DNA of 64,000 bases, from assembly GCA_021734405.1 (NCBI GenBank), contig JAIPJA010000002.1, positions 1,145 to 65,144 of the forward strand, written 5' to 3'. Below are positions 49,106 through 60,448 of the stretch, piece by piece. The notes beneath the pieces were generated by a model that searched no databases, had not been told where the DNA came from, and saw only the letters and a program-made list of their open reading frames with translations. This DNA is from Minisyncoccota bacterium. GTDB taxonomy: Bacteria > Patescibacteriota > Patescibacteriia > Patescibacteriales > UBA12465. Both the position numbers and the translations under genes were made by a program. How positions within the stretch are numbered: position 1 is the stretch's first letter; the number at the start of each line of letters is the position of its first letter.

Positions 49106-50887
49106 ATGGAAAAAGATAAATTAGAAGCAGACAAGCTTCATAAAATTAGACACTCCCTGTCTCATGTTTTAGCTAAAGCTGTAAAAGGACTATACCCTCA
49201 AGCTAAGTTAGCTATTGGTCCAGTTATAGACAACGGCTTTTATTATGATATTGATTTTGGTAAGGAAAAAATTAGCTCTGATGACTTAGAAAAGATAGAA
49301 AAAGACATGAAAGCAATTATTAATCAAAACCTAGAGTTTAAAAGTTTTGTTCTAGGTATTGATGAGGCTATAGACAGAGAAAAGAAGCTAGAGGAAAAAT
49401 ATAAGGTGGAGCTAATAGAAGATTTAAAAAAAGCAGGAGAAAAAGAAGTCAGTTATTATCAAGTAGGAGACTTTGTAGACCTCTGTAAGGGTCCTCACGT
49501 TGAAAATACTCAACAAATTGATACTAGAGCCTTTTCCTTATTTAAACTAGCGGGTGCCTATTGGCGAGGTGATGAAAACAGGGAAATGTTAACTAGAATT
49601 TATGGCTTGGCTTTTTTAAATAAAAAAGAGCTTTTAGACTATAAAAAGATGTTAGAGGAAGCTGAGAAAAGAGATCATAGAAAACTAGGCAAGGAGCTAG
49701 GCTTGTTTGTTTTCTCTGATGTAGTAGGTAAGGGTTTACCTATGCTGACAGAAAAAGGTGCTTCTATGCGCAGAACTTTAGAAAAGTTTATTGTTGATGA
49801 AGAAATTAAAAGAGGCTATAGACATGTTATTACCCCAGACTTAGCTAAGTTAGAGTTATATAAAAAATCAGGACATTACCCATACTATAAAGACTCTATG
49901 TATGCTCCTATTAAAATTGATGAAGAAGAGTTTATGTTAAGACCTATGGCTTGCCCACATCATTTTGAAATGTATTTAACTGAACCTAGAAGTTATAGGG
50001 ATTTGCCTTTTAAAATGGCTGAGTTAGCCAAGCTTTATCGCTACGAACAGTCAGGGGAGTTGTCAGGACTAATGAGAGTAAGAAGTTTTTGTTTAGCTGA
50101 TGCTCATATTATTTGTGCTGATAACAGACAAGCTAAAGAAGAGGTGGCTGGAGTCTTAGACTTAATAGATTTTGTTTGTCAGAAACTAGGTCTAGAACCA
50201 GACAAGGATTATTGGTATCGTTTGTCTTTAGGTGATAGACAGGATGAGAAAAAATATCACAAAAACGATAAGGCCTGGGATGAGGCTGAAAGTAGTCTTA
50301 GACAACTATTAAAAGATAAGGGTTCTAAGTTTGTAGAAGCTGAAGCTGAAGCTGCTTTTTATGGTCCAAAAATAGATGTACAGATGAAAAATGTCTTAGG
50401 CAAGGAGGATACTGCCTTTACTGTTCAGTGGGATTTTGTTATGCCAGAGAGATTTAAGCTTGTTTATACTAGCCAAGCCGGCAAAGAAGAAAGAGCCATT
50501 GTTATTCACAGATCTTCTATAGGGGCAATTGAAAGAGTTATGGCTTTTCTAATAGAATTCTATGCTGGTCGTTTCCCACTTTGGCTTTCACCAGTACAAG
50601 TTAAACTTATCTCAGTTGGAGAAAAACATATAGAAGCAGTAAAGAGTTTGAGCCAAGAATTTAAAGAGCAGGGGATTAGATCAGAAATTGATATTAGTGA
50701 TGAAACTGTTGGTAACAAAATTAGAAAGTCTGCCTCAGAAAAGATTCCTTATATTCTAGTTATTGGTGATAAAGAAGTTAATTCCAGTAAATTAGCAATT
50801 AGAGTAAGAGGAGAAAAAGATATGATTGAAATAGAAAAAGCTGAATTTATTAAAAAAATAAAACAGGAAATAGAAGACTTTAAATAG
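49106..50887 (+). CDS. thrS: Threonine--tRNA ligase
   Basis: RHSLSH, DLCKGPH, RDHRKLG, AAFYGPKID. Confidence 0.97.
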   Translation: MEKDKLEADKLHKIRHSLSHVLAKAVKGLYPQAKLAIGPVIDNGFYYDIDFGKEKISSDDLEKIEKDMKAIINQNLEFKSFVLGIDEAIDREKKLEEKYKVELIEDLKKAGEKEVSYYQVGDFVDLCKGPHVENTQQIDTRAFSLFKLAGAYWRGDENREMLTRIYGLAFLNKKELLDYKKMLEEAEKRDHRKLGKELGLFVFSDVVGKGLPMLTEKGASMRRTLEKFIVDEEIKRGYRHVITPDLAKLELYKKSGHYPYYKDSMYAPIKIDEEEFMLRPMACPHHFEMYLTEPRSYRDLPFKMAELAKLYRYEQSGELSGLMRVRSFCLADAHIICADNRQAKEEVAGVLDLIDFVCQKLGLEPDKDYWYRLSLGDRQDEKKYHKNDKAWDEAESSLRQLLKDKGSKFVEAEAEAAFYGPKIDVQMKNVLGKEDTAFTVQWDFVMPERFKLVYTSQAGKEERAIVIHRSSIGAIERVMAFLIEFYAGRFPLWLSPVQVKLISVGEKHIEAVKSLSQEFKEQGIRSEIDISDETVGNKIRKSASEKIPYILVIGDKEVNSSKLAIRVRGEKDMIEIEKAEFIKKIKQEIEDFK

Positions 50888-50943
50888 TATAAGTTATTAT
50901 TTAAGTAGCTAAAAGCTTTAAATAACAATTAAAGAGTATAATA

Positions 50944-50970
50944 AATTAGGCGCTAATAAGGCGCTTAATT
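50944..50970. terminator. Hairpin after thrS
   Basis: AATTAGGCGC-TAATAAG-GCGCTTAATT. Confidence 0.55.
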
Positions 50971-50974
50971 TATA

Positions 50975-51541
<567 letters not shown>

Positions 51542-51544
51542 ATA

Positions 51545-51571
51545 CAAAAAGCGCTAATTAAAGCGCTTTTG
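51545..51571. terminator. Bidirectional terminator
   Basis: AAAAGCGCT-AATTAA-AGCGCTTTT downstream of the aldolase gene. Confidence 0.65.
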
Positions 51572-51649
51572 TTTGGTATTATAGATATTTTAAGATATAA
51601 CACTAAATATATATTATATATAATTACAATTTATTTCTCTATTTTATCT

Positions 51650-52579
51650 TTATTTCCAAGCTAATTCTTTTTTACCTTTGTAAATAGAAATAGCGTCTTT
51701 GAGACTGAAGTTATATAAAGTTATAGCAGAGATAGCATTAGCTAGACGTATAGCTTCGGGTAATGACTTTTGATGAATATTTCTACCAATAGCTACACCT
51801 CTAGTTTTAGATACTTTAATTTGCTGTTCAATAGTTTCTAGTAGTTTTTCTGGATCTTTACTAGATCCGCCTACACATAAAACTCCAGTTTTACCCGCCG
51901 CTGAGCTAACTTCTTGAAAACTTTCAGGAACATTTTTAGCTTTAGAGCTATAAGGGTATTTAACTTTAACAAAATCAGCTCCTAAACAAGCAGCTACTCC
52001 AGCTCCACCAGCTATAAGGTGTATGTCTTCATCGTTTTTAATTTGTGGACCACGAGGATACATCCAAATAACAGCTAAGAGCCCAGCTTGATGAGCTTGA
52101 CTTATTATCTGAGCAGCTTCACTTAACATAGCAGTCTCATTTTCTGAGCCAATATAAATAGTGTAACCAACTCCTACAATATTTAAATCATTAGCTTCTT
52201 TAAGCTCTACTACTTCATTAACTGAGTGCCAAGCCAAACTAATAGGGTTGTCAGTTTCAAATAAGTTAGTTTTAGAATTTAATTTTACTAAATAAGGAAT
52301 TTTAGGATATTCTCTGGCATAAGCTGAAATTAAGCCAAATTGAGAAGCTAAAACCCCAACATGAGACTGGCTAGCAATTTCAAATAAATGTCTAGGAGCA
52401 CTATCATCAGGGTGAATGTCTTTACCTACAAAATCGTCATTTAAATGTTCTACTTTTTGATCGCCAGCAAACAACATGAGGCGCCCACTATCTTTAGTGG
52501 CTATACGCCAATTTTTTTTGTATTCCTTAATTTTAGCTTTAGGCACAGAAGCAGGAATATGAAGAGTTTTAAGGCTCAT
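51650..52579 (-). CDS. Class I (DhnA-type) fructose-bisphosphate aldolase
   Basis: AGDQKVEH, VGYTIYIGS, WMYPRG, GADFVKV, GRNIHQ. Confidence 0.9.
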   Translation of the reverse strand: MSLKTLHIPASVPKAKIKEYKKNWRIATKDSGRLMLFAGDQKVEHLNDDFVGKDIHPDDSAPRHLFEIASQSHVGVLASQFGLISAYAREYPKIPYLVKLNSKTNLFETDNPISLAWHSVNEVVELKEANDLNIVGVGYTIYIGSENETAMLSEAAQIISQAHQAGLLAVIWMYPRGPQIKNDEDIHLIAGGAGVAACLGADFVKVKYPYSSKAKNVPESFQEVSSAAGKTGVLCVGGSSKDPEKLLETIEQQIKVSKTRGVAIGRNIHQKSLPEAIRLANAISAITLYNFSLKDAISIYKGKKELAWK

Positions 52580-52642
52580 AGTCTTTATTTTTTAAATTTT
52601 TAAAATATGATATGATGTAAGTAGTTATTATTATATCATTTT

Positions 52643-53542
52643 ATGGGAAAAAATAAAAATAGTGATTACGACTTAAAAGGCTATAAAGACTTAGAAGGTA
52701 TTTCCAATAAAAGTCTTAATTTTAGTTTATGGTTTATAAACAATCGTAAAAAATTTATTATTGCTATTATTGTTGTTTTAATACTTGTTTCCGCTGGTTT
52801 TTTTATGTATTCTGGTTATCATTACGGCTATTATCTACTGGAGGGCAAATCTAGAGACGAGCAAATGCTTAAAGAATTAAGCGAATACCAGGCTTTGCCA
52901 GAAGAATATAGAAACAAGAATTCAGCTCAAAATCTAATTTTCTATAAACCAGAAATACTTAGAAAGCAAGATTCTTTTGATATTGTAAATTTAGTGGAAA
53001 ATCCTAATCAAAATTATTACGCCTTTTTTGATTATTGTTTTGTACAGTTTAATGAAGAGATTTATTGTGATTCAAGCTTTGTTTTTCCTTTAGAAAAAAA
53101 ATATTTATTAGCTCTATCTCAGAATTTAAATGCTAGCTTGTCAGCGGAGTTGGTAATTAAAAATTTATCCTGGTCTAGGGTTAATTTACATATTTATCCT
53201 GACTGGGCAAAATACTATAGTGAACATTTGGATTTTCCTTTAAAGGATGTTATGTTTAAACCTTCTCACAAAAATCAATTATCTAATAAAGTTTCTCTAG
53301 ATAGTTTAGAGTTTAAAATAACTAACAATACTGCCTATAATTATTGGGAGGTGCCTTTAAATATAGTTATTTTAAACGGTTCTAAGGTAGTAGGAGCTAA
53401 TAAGTATCTTATAAATAAATTTTATTCTGGCGAGAGTCAATCAGTAAATTTAGTTTGGCCTGGCAATATTTCTCAAGCTTCTGAAGTTAAAATTCAGCCA
53501 AGTTTAAATATTATTGATCCAGATATATATATCAGCTATTAA
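52643..53542 (+). CDS. Hypothetical membrane-anchored protein
   Basis: One TM followed by a beta-rich extracellular domain. Confidence 0.65.
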   Translation: MGKNKNSDYDLKGYKDLEGISNKSLNFSLWFINNRKKFIIAIIVVLILVSAGFFMYSGYHYGYYLLEGKSRDEQMLKELSEYQALPEEYRNKNSAQNLIFYKPEILRKQDSFDIVNLVENPNQNYYAFFDYCFVQFNEEIYCDSSFVFPLEKKYLLALSQNLNASLSAELVIKNLSWSRVNLHIYPDWAKYYSEHLDFPLKDVMFKPSHKNQLSNKVSLDSLEFKITNNTAYNYWEVPLNIVILNGSKVVGANKYLINKFYSGESQSVNLVWPGNISQASEVKIQPSLNIIDPDIYISY

Positions 53543-53550
53543 GTTTTTTT

Positions 53551-54657
53551 ATGTTAGCTAAATTAAAATCGCATTTAAAAAAATTCGATTGGATTTTATT
53601 TTTATCAGTTTTGCTTTTGTGTTTTTTTGGTTTAATTGAAATCTATAGTATTGCCTTAGGTCAAGAGACTTTAAGTTTTTTAAATTTTAAAAAACAAATA
53701 TTTTTTATAGGTGCGGGAGTGATCTTGATGTTTGTGGTAAGTTTTATAGATATTTATTTTTTAAAAAGCCTGAGAAAATATTTTTATTTAGGAGCGGTTT
53801 TAATTTTAATAGCAGTATTAGTTTTTGGTTCCACTATTAGAGGTACTACTGGCTGGTTTAATGTATTAGGCTTTGGTATTCAGCCAGTAGAAATTGTTAA
53901 AGTTATACTGCTGTTAGTCTTAGCTGGATATTTTAGTAATTTATCTACACGAGTTAAAAGTTTTGGACATTTATTATCCTCAGGAATATTAGCTTTTGGT
54001 TTAGCTTTTTTAGTGATTTTACAACCTGATTTTGGCTCAACTTTTATTCTACTGTTTGTTTGGTTTTTTTTACTACTTTTTTCTGGTTTTAACAAGAAAT
54101 ATATTATTGCCGTAATTCTAGCTGGAGCCATTATTTTTAGTAGTCTGTGGTTAGTATTTTTTAAAGATTATCAAAAACAAAGAGTTTTGACTTTTTTAAA
54201 TCTAAATCAAAGTTCTTTAGAAGAAGGCTATAATGTCTCTCAAGCTATTATTGCTGTAGGCTCAGGTGGTCTAACGGGCAGGGGGGTGGGTTTTGGGTCT
54301 CAATCTCAATTAAAATTTTTACCTGAAGCTCAAAATGATTTTGTGTTTGCGGTTATTTCAGAGGAATTAGGCTTTTTAGGTGTCTCTTTGTTATTTTTAT
54401 TTTTTGTAGTAATTTTTGCTAGATTACTTATTAGAATAGGTAAATTAAAAGATGATTTTGCTATTTATTTTGTTTTAGGAGCCTTGGGCTTGATTTTTAT
54501 TCAAATGTTTATTAATATTGGTATGAACATAGGTATTTTCCCGGTAGTGGGAATATCTTTGCCTTTTGTTAGTTATGGTGGCAGCGCCATCCTCTCCAGC
54601 TTTATATTGTTGGGGTTATTGCAAAATATAATTATTCAATCTAAAATTAAATATTGA
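53551..54657 (+). CDS. rodA: SEDS family rod shape-determining protein
   Basis: QPVE, QPDFG, 'PEAQNDF', EELG, LPFVSYGGS. Confidence 0.9.
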   Translation: MLAKLKSHLKKFDWILFLSVLLLCFFGLIEIYSIALGQETLSFLNFKKQIFFIGAGVILMFVVSFIDIYFLKSLRKYFYLGAVLILIAVLVFGSTIRGTTGWFNVLGFGIQPVEIVKVILLLVLAGYFSNLSTRVKSFGHLLSSGILAFGLAFLVILQPDFGSTFILLFVWFFLLLFSGFNKKYIIAVILAGAIIFSSLWLVFFKDYQKQRVLTFLNLNQSSLEEGYNVSQAIIAVGSGGLTGRGVGFGSQSQLKFLPEAQNDFVFAVISEELGFLGVSLLFLFFVVIFARLLIRIGKLKDDFAIYFVLGALGLIFIQMFINIGMNIGIFPVVGISLPFVSYGGSAILSSFILLGLLQNIIIQSKIKY

Positions 54658-54697
54658 TAAACAGATTAATTGTTTATTTTTTATTTTAAAAAAACAT

Positions 54698-55348
54698 ATG
54701 AGTTTAAAAGCTAATATCAGAGAAAAAGGACAAAAAATTGATAAAAAATTTATTCCAGCTGTAATTTATGGACCTAGTACAGACAATCAGCTAATAACTT
54801 TAGCTAAGTCTGAATTTGAAAAAGCCTATGAGAAAGCTGGTGAATCTAGTTTAATTGATTTAAAGGTCAATGATCAAGATGTTTTTAAGGTTTTAGTAAA
54901 AGAAGTACAAGTTCATCCTACTAAAAGTTTAATTAGACATGTTGACCTTTATCAGGTGGACATGAAAAAGAAAATTACTACTGAAATACCTTTGCACTTT
55001 ATCGGTGCTTCTAAAGCTGAGAAAGAGCAGGGAGCTTTAGTTATGAAAAATTTAGATTATGTTGAAGTTGAGTGTTTGCCAGGAGACTTAGTTGATAATA
55101 TTGAAGTTAACTTAGAGGAATTAAAAGAAATAGGTGAAGCTATTCATGTTAAAGACTTAAAGGTCCCTCAAGGTATGGAAATATTACATGAAGACGACGA
55201 AGTGGTGGTAAGTGCTATAGAGCCCAAACAGGAGGAAGAGCCAGCTCCAAGCACTGAAGAAGTTGGGGGAGCCACAGAAGAGACAAAAGAGGGCAAGAAA
55301 GATGAGCAAGCTGAGACTGAAGGTGAAGAGAAAAAAGAAGATAAATAG
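54698..55348 (+). CDS. rplY: 50S ribosomal protein bL25/Ctc
   Basis: IPAVIYG, 'QVHP...HVDLY', acidic tail. Confidence 0.93.
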   Translation: MSLKANIREKGQKIDKKFIPAVIYGPSTDNQLITLAKSEFEKAYEKAGESSLIDLKVNDQDVFKVLVKEVQVHPTKSLIRHVDLYQVDMKKKITTEIPLHFIGASKAEKEQGALVMKNLDYVEVECLPGDLVDNIEVNLEELKEIGEAIHVKDLKVPQGMEILHEDDEVVVSAIEPKQEEEPAPSTEEVGGATEETKEGKKDEQAETEGEEKKEDK

Positions 55349-55382
55349 AGTGAAGTTTAAATTCAATATATTAAAAGGGGGA

Positions 55383-56462
55383 ATGAAAATAAAGACTGAT
55401 AAAATTTTATCATTTAAAAAGATGCTTTGGTCACTTGTAATTGTGGTGGCTACTATTATTTTATTTGGTTTAATTATTTTCTTTCTTAATTTAAATGCTA
55501 AAGACAAAGACTTGCAGAATTTAAAGATTAATTTACCCTTAAAAAATAACTTTACAGATCAACAAGCAGAAACCTGTGATAATTGCTTGCCTGATATTTT
55601 AACTGGTGAGCTAAAACCAGAGGCTTCAGGTTACCCCTTAGCTGTAATTGTAGATAACCATTTAGATGCTAGGCCAGCCTTAGGCTTATCTCAGGCTAAG
55701 TTAGTTTATGAAGTTCCAGTAGAGGGAGGTATTACTAGATACTTAGCAATTTTTTCTTCCGATCAGGAAATAGAAGCTATTGGTCCAGTTAGAAGTGCTA
55801 GACCTTATTTTATAGATTGGGTAGAGCCTTTATCAGCTTTATTTGTTCATTGTGGTGGTAGCCCTGAAGCCTTAGTTGATATTATTCAAAAAGATATTAT
55901 TGATTTAAATGAGTTCTATAATGCTGACTATTTTTGGCGTGACAGTTCTCGTCCAGCTCCTCATAATGTTATAACCAGCTCTGATAAATTAAGTGCGTAT
56001 TTAGAGAAAAATAATTTGTCTAAAGCTAGCCTTATTTCCTGGCAATTTAAAGCAGATATTAGTCCCAGTAAGCAAGCTAAGGAGGCTTTAGAGATAAATA
56101 TTGACTATATTGCTGATAGTCATGAAGTCTTGTGGCTTTATGATCAGAAAACAGGGAAATATATTAGAAATTTAGCTGGAGAGAAACATGAAGATGCTAG
56201 TGGTCAGATTATTAGCGCGAAAACTGTAATTATTAAAGAAGTAAACAGTGAGGTTGTAGATGAAAAATTAAGGCTAAAAATAGATAGCCAGGGAGAAGAT
56301 AAGGCTGTTATTTGTTTTTTAGGTAAATGTGAAGAGGGTAGCTGGAAACAAACTAGTGCTAGCGCTAGAGAAAGATATTATGTAAATGGAGAAGAGGTAG
56401 TCTTTTTACCAGGAAATTTCTGGATTGAAGTGGTTGATCAAGAGGTTAGTTATAGTTACTGA
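55383..56462 (+). CDS. DUF3048 domain protein
   Basis: 'VDNHLDARP', 'VEGGITRY', 'GPVRSAR', 'RPAPHN'; start placed at the ATG after rplY. Confidence 0.85.
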   Translation: MKIKTDKILSFKKMLWSLVIVVATIILFGLIIFFLNLNAKDKDLQNLKINLPLKNNFTDQQAETCDNCLPDILTGELKPEASGYPLAVIVDNHLDARPALGLSQAKLVYEVPVEGGITRYLAIFSSDQEIEAIGPVRSARPYFIDWVEPLSALFVHCGGSPEALVDIIQKDIIDLNEFYNADYFWRDSSRPAPHNVITSSDKLSAYLEKNNLSKASLISWQFKADISPSKQAKEALEINIDYIADSHEVLWLYDQKTGKYIRNLAGEKHEDASGQIISAKTVIIKEVNSEVVDEKLRLKIDSQGEDKAVICFLGKCEEGSWKQTSASARERYYVNGEEVVFLPGNFWIEVVDQEVSYSY

Positions 56463-57324
56463 CAACCACTAAGCGATCTTTTTGGCTTAAGTCTTTAATT
56501 ATGGTGATTTCTGCTTTAGGCAGAATTTTTTTTATATAATCACTTAATTCTGGCTTTTGTTGAGGATTTATTTCCATTAAAACTTCTATTGATTTAGCTT
56601 TTAAGTCTTTAACTTCTTTGATTAACTTCTTATAGTAGTACAATCCTTTATCTTTAGCTATTAGAGCCTGTTTAGGCTCTTTTTTAATACTAGCTGAGCT
56701 TTGCCAAATACTTTCTTCTACATAAGGCAAATTAGCCATAATAGTAATACTTTCCTTTTTGGCTATATCCAAGTTAGATTCTATTACTGCTTTTAGTAAG
56801 TTAGCTGGTTTAAAAATTATTTTTTTATCTAAATTATATTTTTTAGCATTTTTTTTTGCTACTTTTAAAGCTTTAGCGGAGATATCAGTAGCTAGAAGCA
56901 GGGTGTCAGAGTCAAGGTTTTCAGCTTTCAGGTTTTTTATTAAGCTAATTATTAAACAACCTGAACCAGTGCCAATATCTATTATGGCTTTATTTTTAAA
57001 GTCTTGGTTTTTTAAATAATCTATAAATAATTCTGATTCGGGGCGGGGGATTAATACGTTTTTATTTACCAAAAATTCTAGATTATAGAAACCTTGTTGT
57101 TTGTTTAAATAAGCTAAAGGTACTCCTTTTAATCTTTTTTTTAACCAATAGCTAGTTTTTAAAACTTGAAAATAGTTTAAATTTTTCTCATAAGCAGTGA
57201 TAAGTTGGGCTGAGTTTAAGTCAAGAGTAGATTCTAAAAGTTTTTCAGCTTCAAAAACAGGCTGTGAAAAACCAGCCTGTTGAAATTTTTTACTTATTTC
57301 TTTTTTAAGCTGAAGAACTTTCAT
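56446..57324 (-). CDS. prmC: Release factor glutamine methyltransferase
   Basis: [19 protein letters not shown]; follows prfA. Confidence 0.92.
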   Translation of the reverse strand: MKVLQLKKEISKKFQQAGFSQPVFEAEKLLESTLDLNSAQLITAYEKNLNYFQVLKTSYWLKKRLKGVPLAYLNKQQGFYNLEFLVNKNVLIPRPESELFIDYLKNQDFKNKAIIDIGTGSGCLIISLIKNLKAENLDSDTLLLATDISAKALKVAKKNAKKYNLDKKIIFKPANLLKAVIESNLDIAKKESITIMANLPYVEESIWQSSASIKKEPKQALIAKDKGLYYYKKLIKEVKDLKAKSIEVLMEINPQQKPELSDYIKKILPKAEITIIKDLSQKDRLVVVSNYN

Positions 57325-58372
57325 GGCTTTGATTTAATTGTCTTTGCGCTTCTTTTAAAGCCTCAATTATTTCTTCTATATCTCCATCCATGACTTTAAC
57401 AATATTATGCCAAGACTCTTTAATGCGGTGATCAGTCACTCTGTCCTGGGGGAAATTATATGTCCTTATTTTATCACTTCTATCGCCTGATCCTATTTGT
57501 TCTTTTCTAGCACTGGAGTCTTGAGCTCTTTTTTCTTCTTCAGCTTTAGCTAAAAGTCTAGAGCGTAAAACTTGTAAAGCTTTTTCTTTGTTTTGGTGTT
57601 GAGATTTTTCATCTTGGCAACTAACTACTGTATTGGTAGGTAAATGAGTAATTCTAATGGCTGAATAAGTAGTATTTACGCTTTGACCACCTGGTCCAGA
57701 AGAGCAAAAAGTATCAATTCTAATATCAGCTGCTTTTATCTCCAAGTCAACCTCTTCAGCTTCAGGTAAGACTGCTACAGTAGCGGCGGAAGTGTGTATA
57801 CGTCCTTGTTTCTCAGTTTCTGGTATTCTTTGCACACGGTGAGTCCCAGCCTCATATTTAAAGTCTCCATAAACCTTATTTCCAGATACAGAAAAAATTA
57901 TTTCTTTGTAGCCACCTAAGCCAATTTGATTAGAGCTCAGTATTTCTATTTTCCAGCCTTTTCTTTCACAAAAACGATTGTACATTCTAAATAGATCAGC
58001 TGCAAATAGGGCTGATTCATCACCACCAGTGCCAGCTCTAATTTCTACAATAGCATTTTTTTTATCATGAGGATCAGTAGGGTTAAGTTCAGTAGAAATA
58101 TTTTTTTGTAGTTTTTCTATTTTTGGTTCTAAGTTTAAAATTTCTTCTTTAGCCATTTCAGCTAATTCTCCAGTCGGCTCATCATTTATTATTTTCTTAT
58201 TTTCCTCTATAGCTACCTTTATTTTTTCCAATTCCAAAATCATCTCATAGACTTCTTTAGTTTGAGAGTGTTCTTGAGAAATTTTTCTAAATTGCTTTTG
58301 ATCTTTAACTAAACTGGGGTCAGAAAGTTTCTTCTCTAATTCTTTAAATTTAGCCTTTAATTCTTTATACAT
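57305..58372 (-). CDS. prfA: Peptide chain release factor 1
   Basis: GGQ; PET tripeptide; EIRAGTGG. Confidence 0.97.
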   Translation of the reverse strand: MYKELKAKFKELEKKLSDPSLVKDQKQFRKISQEHSQTKEVYEMILELEKIKVAIEENKKIINDEPTGELAEMAKEEILNLEPKIEKLQKNISTELNPTDPHDKKNAIVEIRAGTGGDESALFAADLFRMYNRFCERKGWKIEILSSNQIGLGGYKEIIFSVSGNKVYGDFKYEAGTHRVQRIPETEKQGRIHTSAATVAVLPEAEEVDLEIKAADIRIDTFCSSGPGGQSVNTTYSAIRITHLPTNTVVSCQDEKSQHQNKEKALQVLRSRLLAKAEEEKRAQDSSARKEQIGSGDRSDKIRTYNFPQDRVTDHRIKESWHNIVKVMDGDIEEIIEALKEAQRQLNQSHESSSA

Positions 58373-58559
58373 ATTGCTTTTAAATTGAAATAATGTTAAA
58401 CTATAATAGTATTTATTATTGGTGTTTGGTTTTTAATTTTAAACATGTTATACCGCCAGCGCAAAAGTTGGCGGTTTTTTCTTTTAATTTAACAAAAAAC
58501 AGTGATAAGCTATAATTATTGTAACAAAAATAGCACAATAATTACAGTCTATCACTGTT

Positions 58560-58841
58560 TTATTTTTTGTCTTCTGCTTTTTTAGCTGCTCTTTTAGCTC
58601 GTTTAACCTTTTTTCCTTGCCTAGCTTGGGCAACACTTTTTTTGTTATCCATTTTAGCTTGGAATTTTTCTACTCTCTTAGCAGTATCTACTAATTTTTG
58701 TTTGCCAGTGTAGAAAGGGTGACATTTAGAGCAAAGTTCAACTTTAATTTCCGGCTCAGTAGATCCGGTAGTAAAAGTGTTTCCGCAAGCACAGCTTACT
58801 TTAGCGTCTTTATAGTATTTTGGGTGAATATCTTTTTTCAT
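58560..58841 (-). CDS. rpmE: 50S ribosomal protein bL31 (Zn-ribbon type)
   Basis: [21 protein letters not shown]. Confidence 0.97.
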   Translation of the reverse strand: MKKDIHPKYYKDAKVSCACGNTFTTGSTEPEIKVELCSKCHPFYTGKQKLVDTAKRVEKFQAKMDNKKSVAQARQGKKVKRAKRAAKKAEDKK

Positions 58842-58993
58842 AAGCTTTTTTAAAAATAAAAAGGCGAAAATATTCTCGCATTGATTTAAATTATAGCAAA
58901 AGATTTAAAATAAAGCAAGAGTTTATGTTTTAAATTATGTTTTAAATTAGTCGGTCTTTATAGACCGGTTTTTTATTGCTATAATAGCTTTAT

Positions 58994-60439
58994 ATGTCTA
59001 AGATACAAAACATTGCTAAAAACACATCTTACCTAACTTTGGCTTTAGTCGCCCAGAAGATTATTTCTTTTACTTATTTTACTATTTTAGCCAGAAATTT
59101 AGCCCCTGAAAGTTTGGGTAAATATTATTTAGCTATTTCTTTAACTACTATTTTTGCTATTTTTATAGACCTGGGACTAGTCAATGTTTTAACTAGAGAA
59201 GTGGCTAAAACCCCTGAAAGGACTAGCAAACTACTGGGTTCAGTTTTAGCTTTAAAAATTCCTTTATCAGCTTTAGCGCTTTTAGCCACTGTTGCCACAG
59301 TTTTTATTTTAGATTATGGACACTTAACTAGACAGTTAGTCTATATCTCTTCTATTTGCATGGTTTTAGATTCCTTTACTATGACCTTTTTTGGGGTTAG
59401 CAGAGGGCGACATAATTTATTTTATGAAAGCTTAGCTTCTATAGTTTTTCAGGTTATAGTTATGGTTTTTGGTTTATTAGCACTTTTTTCTGGTCTAGAC
59501 TTGCGTTATATCATGGGAGCTTTAGCTTTAGCTAGTATTTTTAATTTTCTTTATTCTTGGTTGGTTTTAAGGTTAAAGCTAAAAGTTAAAATTAAGTTGT
59601 TTTATGAAAAAACTTTTTTAAAGTACATGCTGGTTTTAGCTTGGCCTTTTGCTGCTTATGCAGTTTTGCAAAGAGTTTACACTTATTTAGATTCAGTGCT
59701 TTTGTCTTTATTTTCCGGGGAAACAGCTGTGGGTATTTATCAAATACCTTTTAAGATTATTTTTGCCTTACAATTTTTACCTCTAGCTTTTACAGCTTCG
59801 CTATATCCAGCTTTAAGCTACTATTGGCTTAAAGACCAAAAACAGCTAAGGGTTTCTTTTTCTAGAGCTATGAATTATTTAACTATTATTTCAGTTCCGA
59901 TTGTGTTTGGTACTATATTTTTAGCTAATAGGATTATTGGTTTATTTCAAAATAATTATTTAAGTGCAGTTTTGCCTTTACAGATAATTATAGTGGCTTT
60001 ATTTTTTATTTTTGTAAATTATCCTATAGGCGCGCTTTTAAATGCTTGTGATCGGCAAAAGCAAAATACTCGCAATATGTTAATAGTTACAATTTTTTCT
60101 ATAGTTTTAAACTTGATTCTTATTCCTAAATTCGGTGTCATTGGTGCCAGTTTAACTGTGGTCTTTACTAATTTTTTAATGTTTATCCTAGGTATTTATT
60201 GGGTTAAAAAAACTATTGTCTATCAAGGCAAAAACAATTTAATAGTTTTTTCTAAAGTGCTGTTATCTGGTTTGGTGATGGGCTTATTTTTAGAGTTTTT
60301 CAAGCCTTATATTAACATTTTAATTCTTATGGTCTTGGCTTCTTTAGTTTATTTTGCCTTACTTTATTTGTTGAAAGGTTTTAGAAAAGCTGATATTTTA
60401 AGTATATACAAGGCTTTTGCCAAGAAAAAAGCTTTTTAA
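58994..60439 (+). CDS. Wzx-type polysaccharide flippase
   Basis: Multi-TM, 'DLGL...LTREVA', 'LIPKFGVIGAS'. Confidence 0.88.
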   Translation: MSKIQNIAKNTSYLTLALVAQKIISFTYFTILARNLAPESLGKYYLAISLTTIFAIFIDLGLVNVLTREVAKTPERTSKLLGSVLALKIPLSALALLATVATVFILDYGHLTRQLVYISSICMVLDSFTMTFFGVSRGRHNLFYESLASIVFQVIVMVFGLLALFSGLDLRYIMGALALASIFNFLYSWLVLRLKLKVKIKLFYEKTFLKYMLVLAWPFAAYAVLQRVYTYLDSVLLSLFSGETAVGIYQIPFKIIFALQFLPLAFTASLYPALSYYWLKDQKQLRVSFSRAMNYLTIISVPIVFGTIFLANRIIGLFQNNYLSAVLPLQIIIVALFFIFVNYPIGALLNACDRQKQNTRNMLIVTIFSIVLNLILIPKFGVIGASLTVVFTNFLMFILGIYWVKKTIVYQGKNNLIVFSKVLLSGLVMGLFLEFFKPYINILILMVLASLVYFALLYLLKGFRKADILSIYKAFAKKKAF

Positions 60440-60448
60440 TTATTTTTC

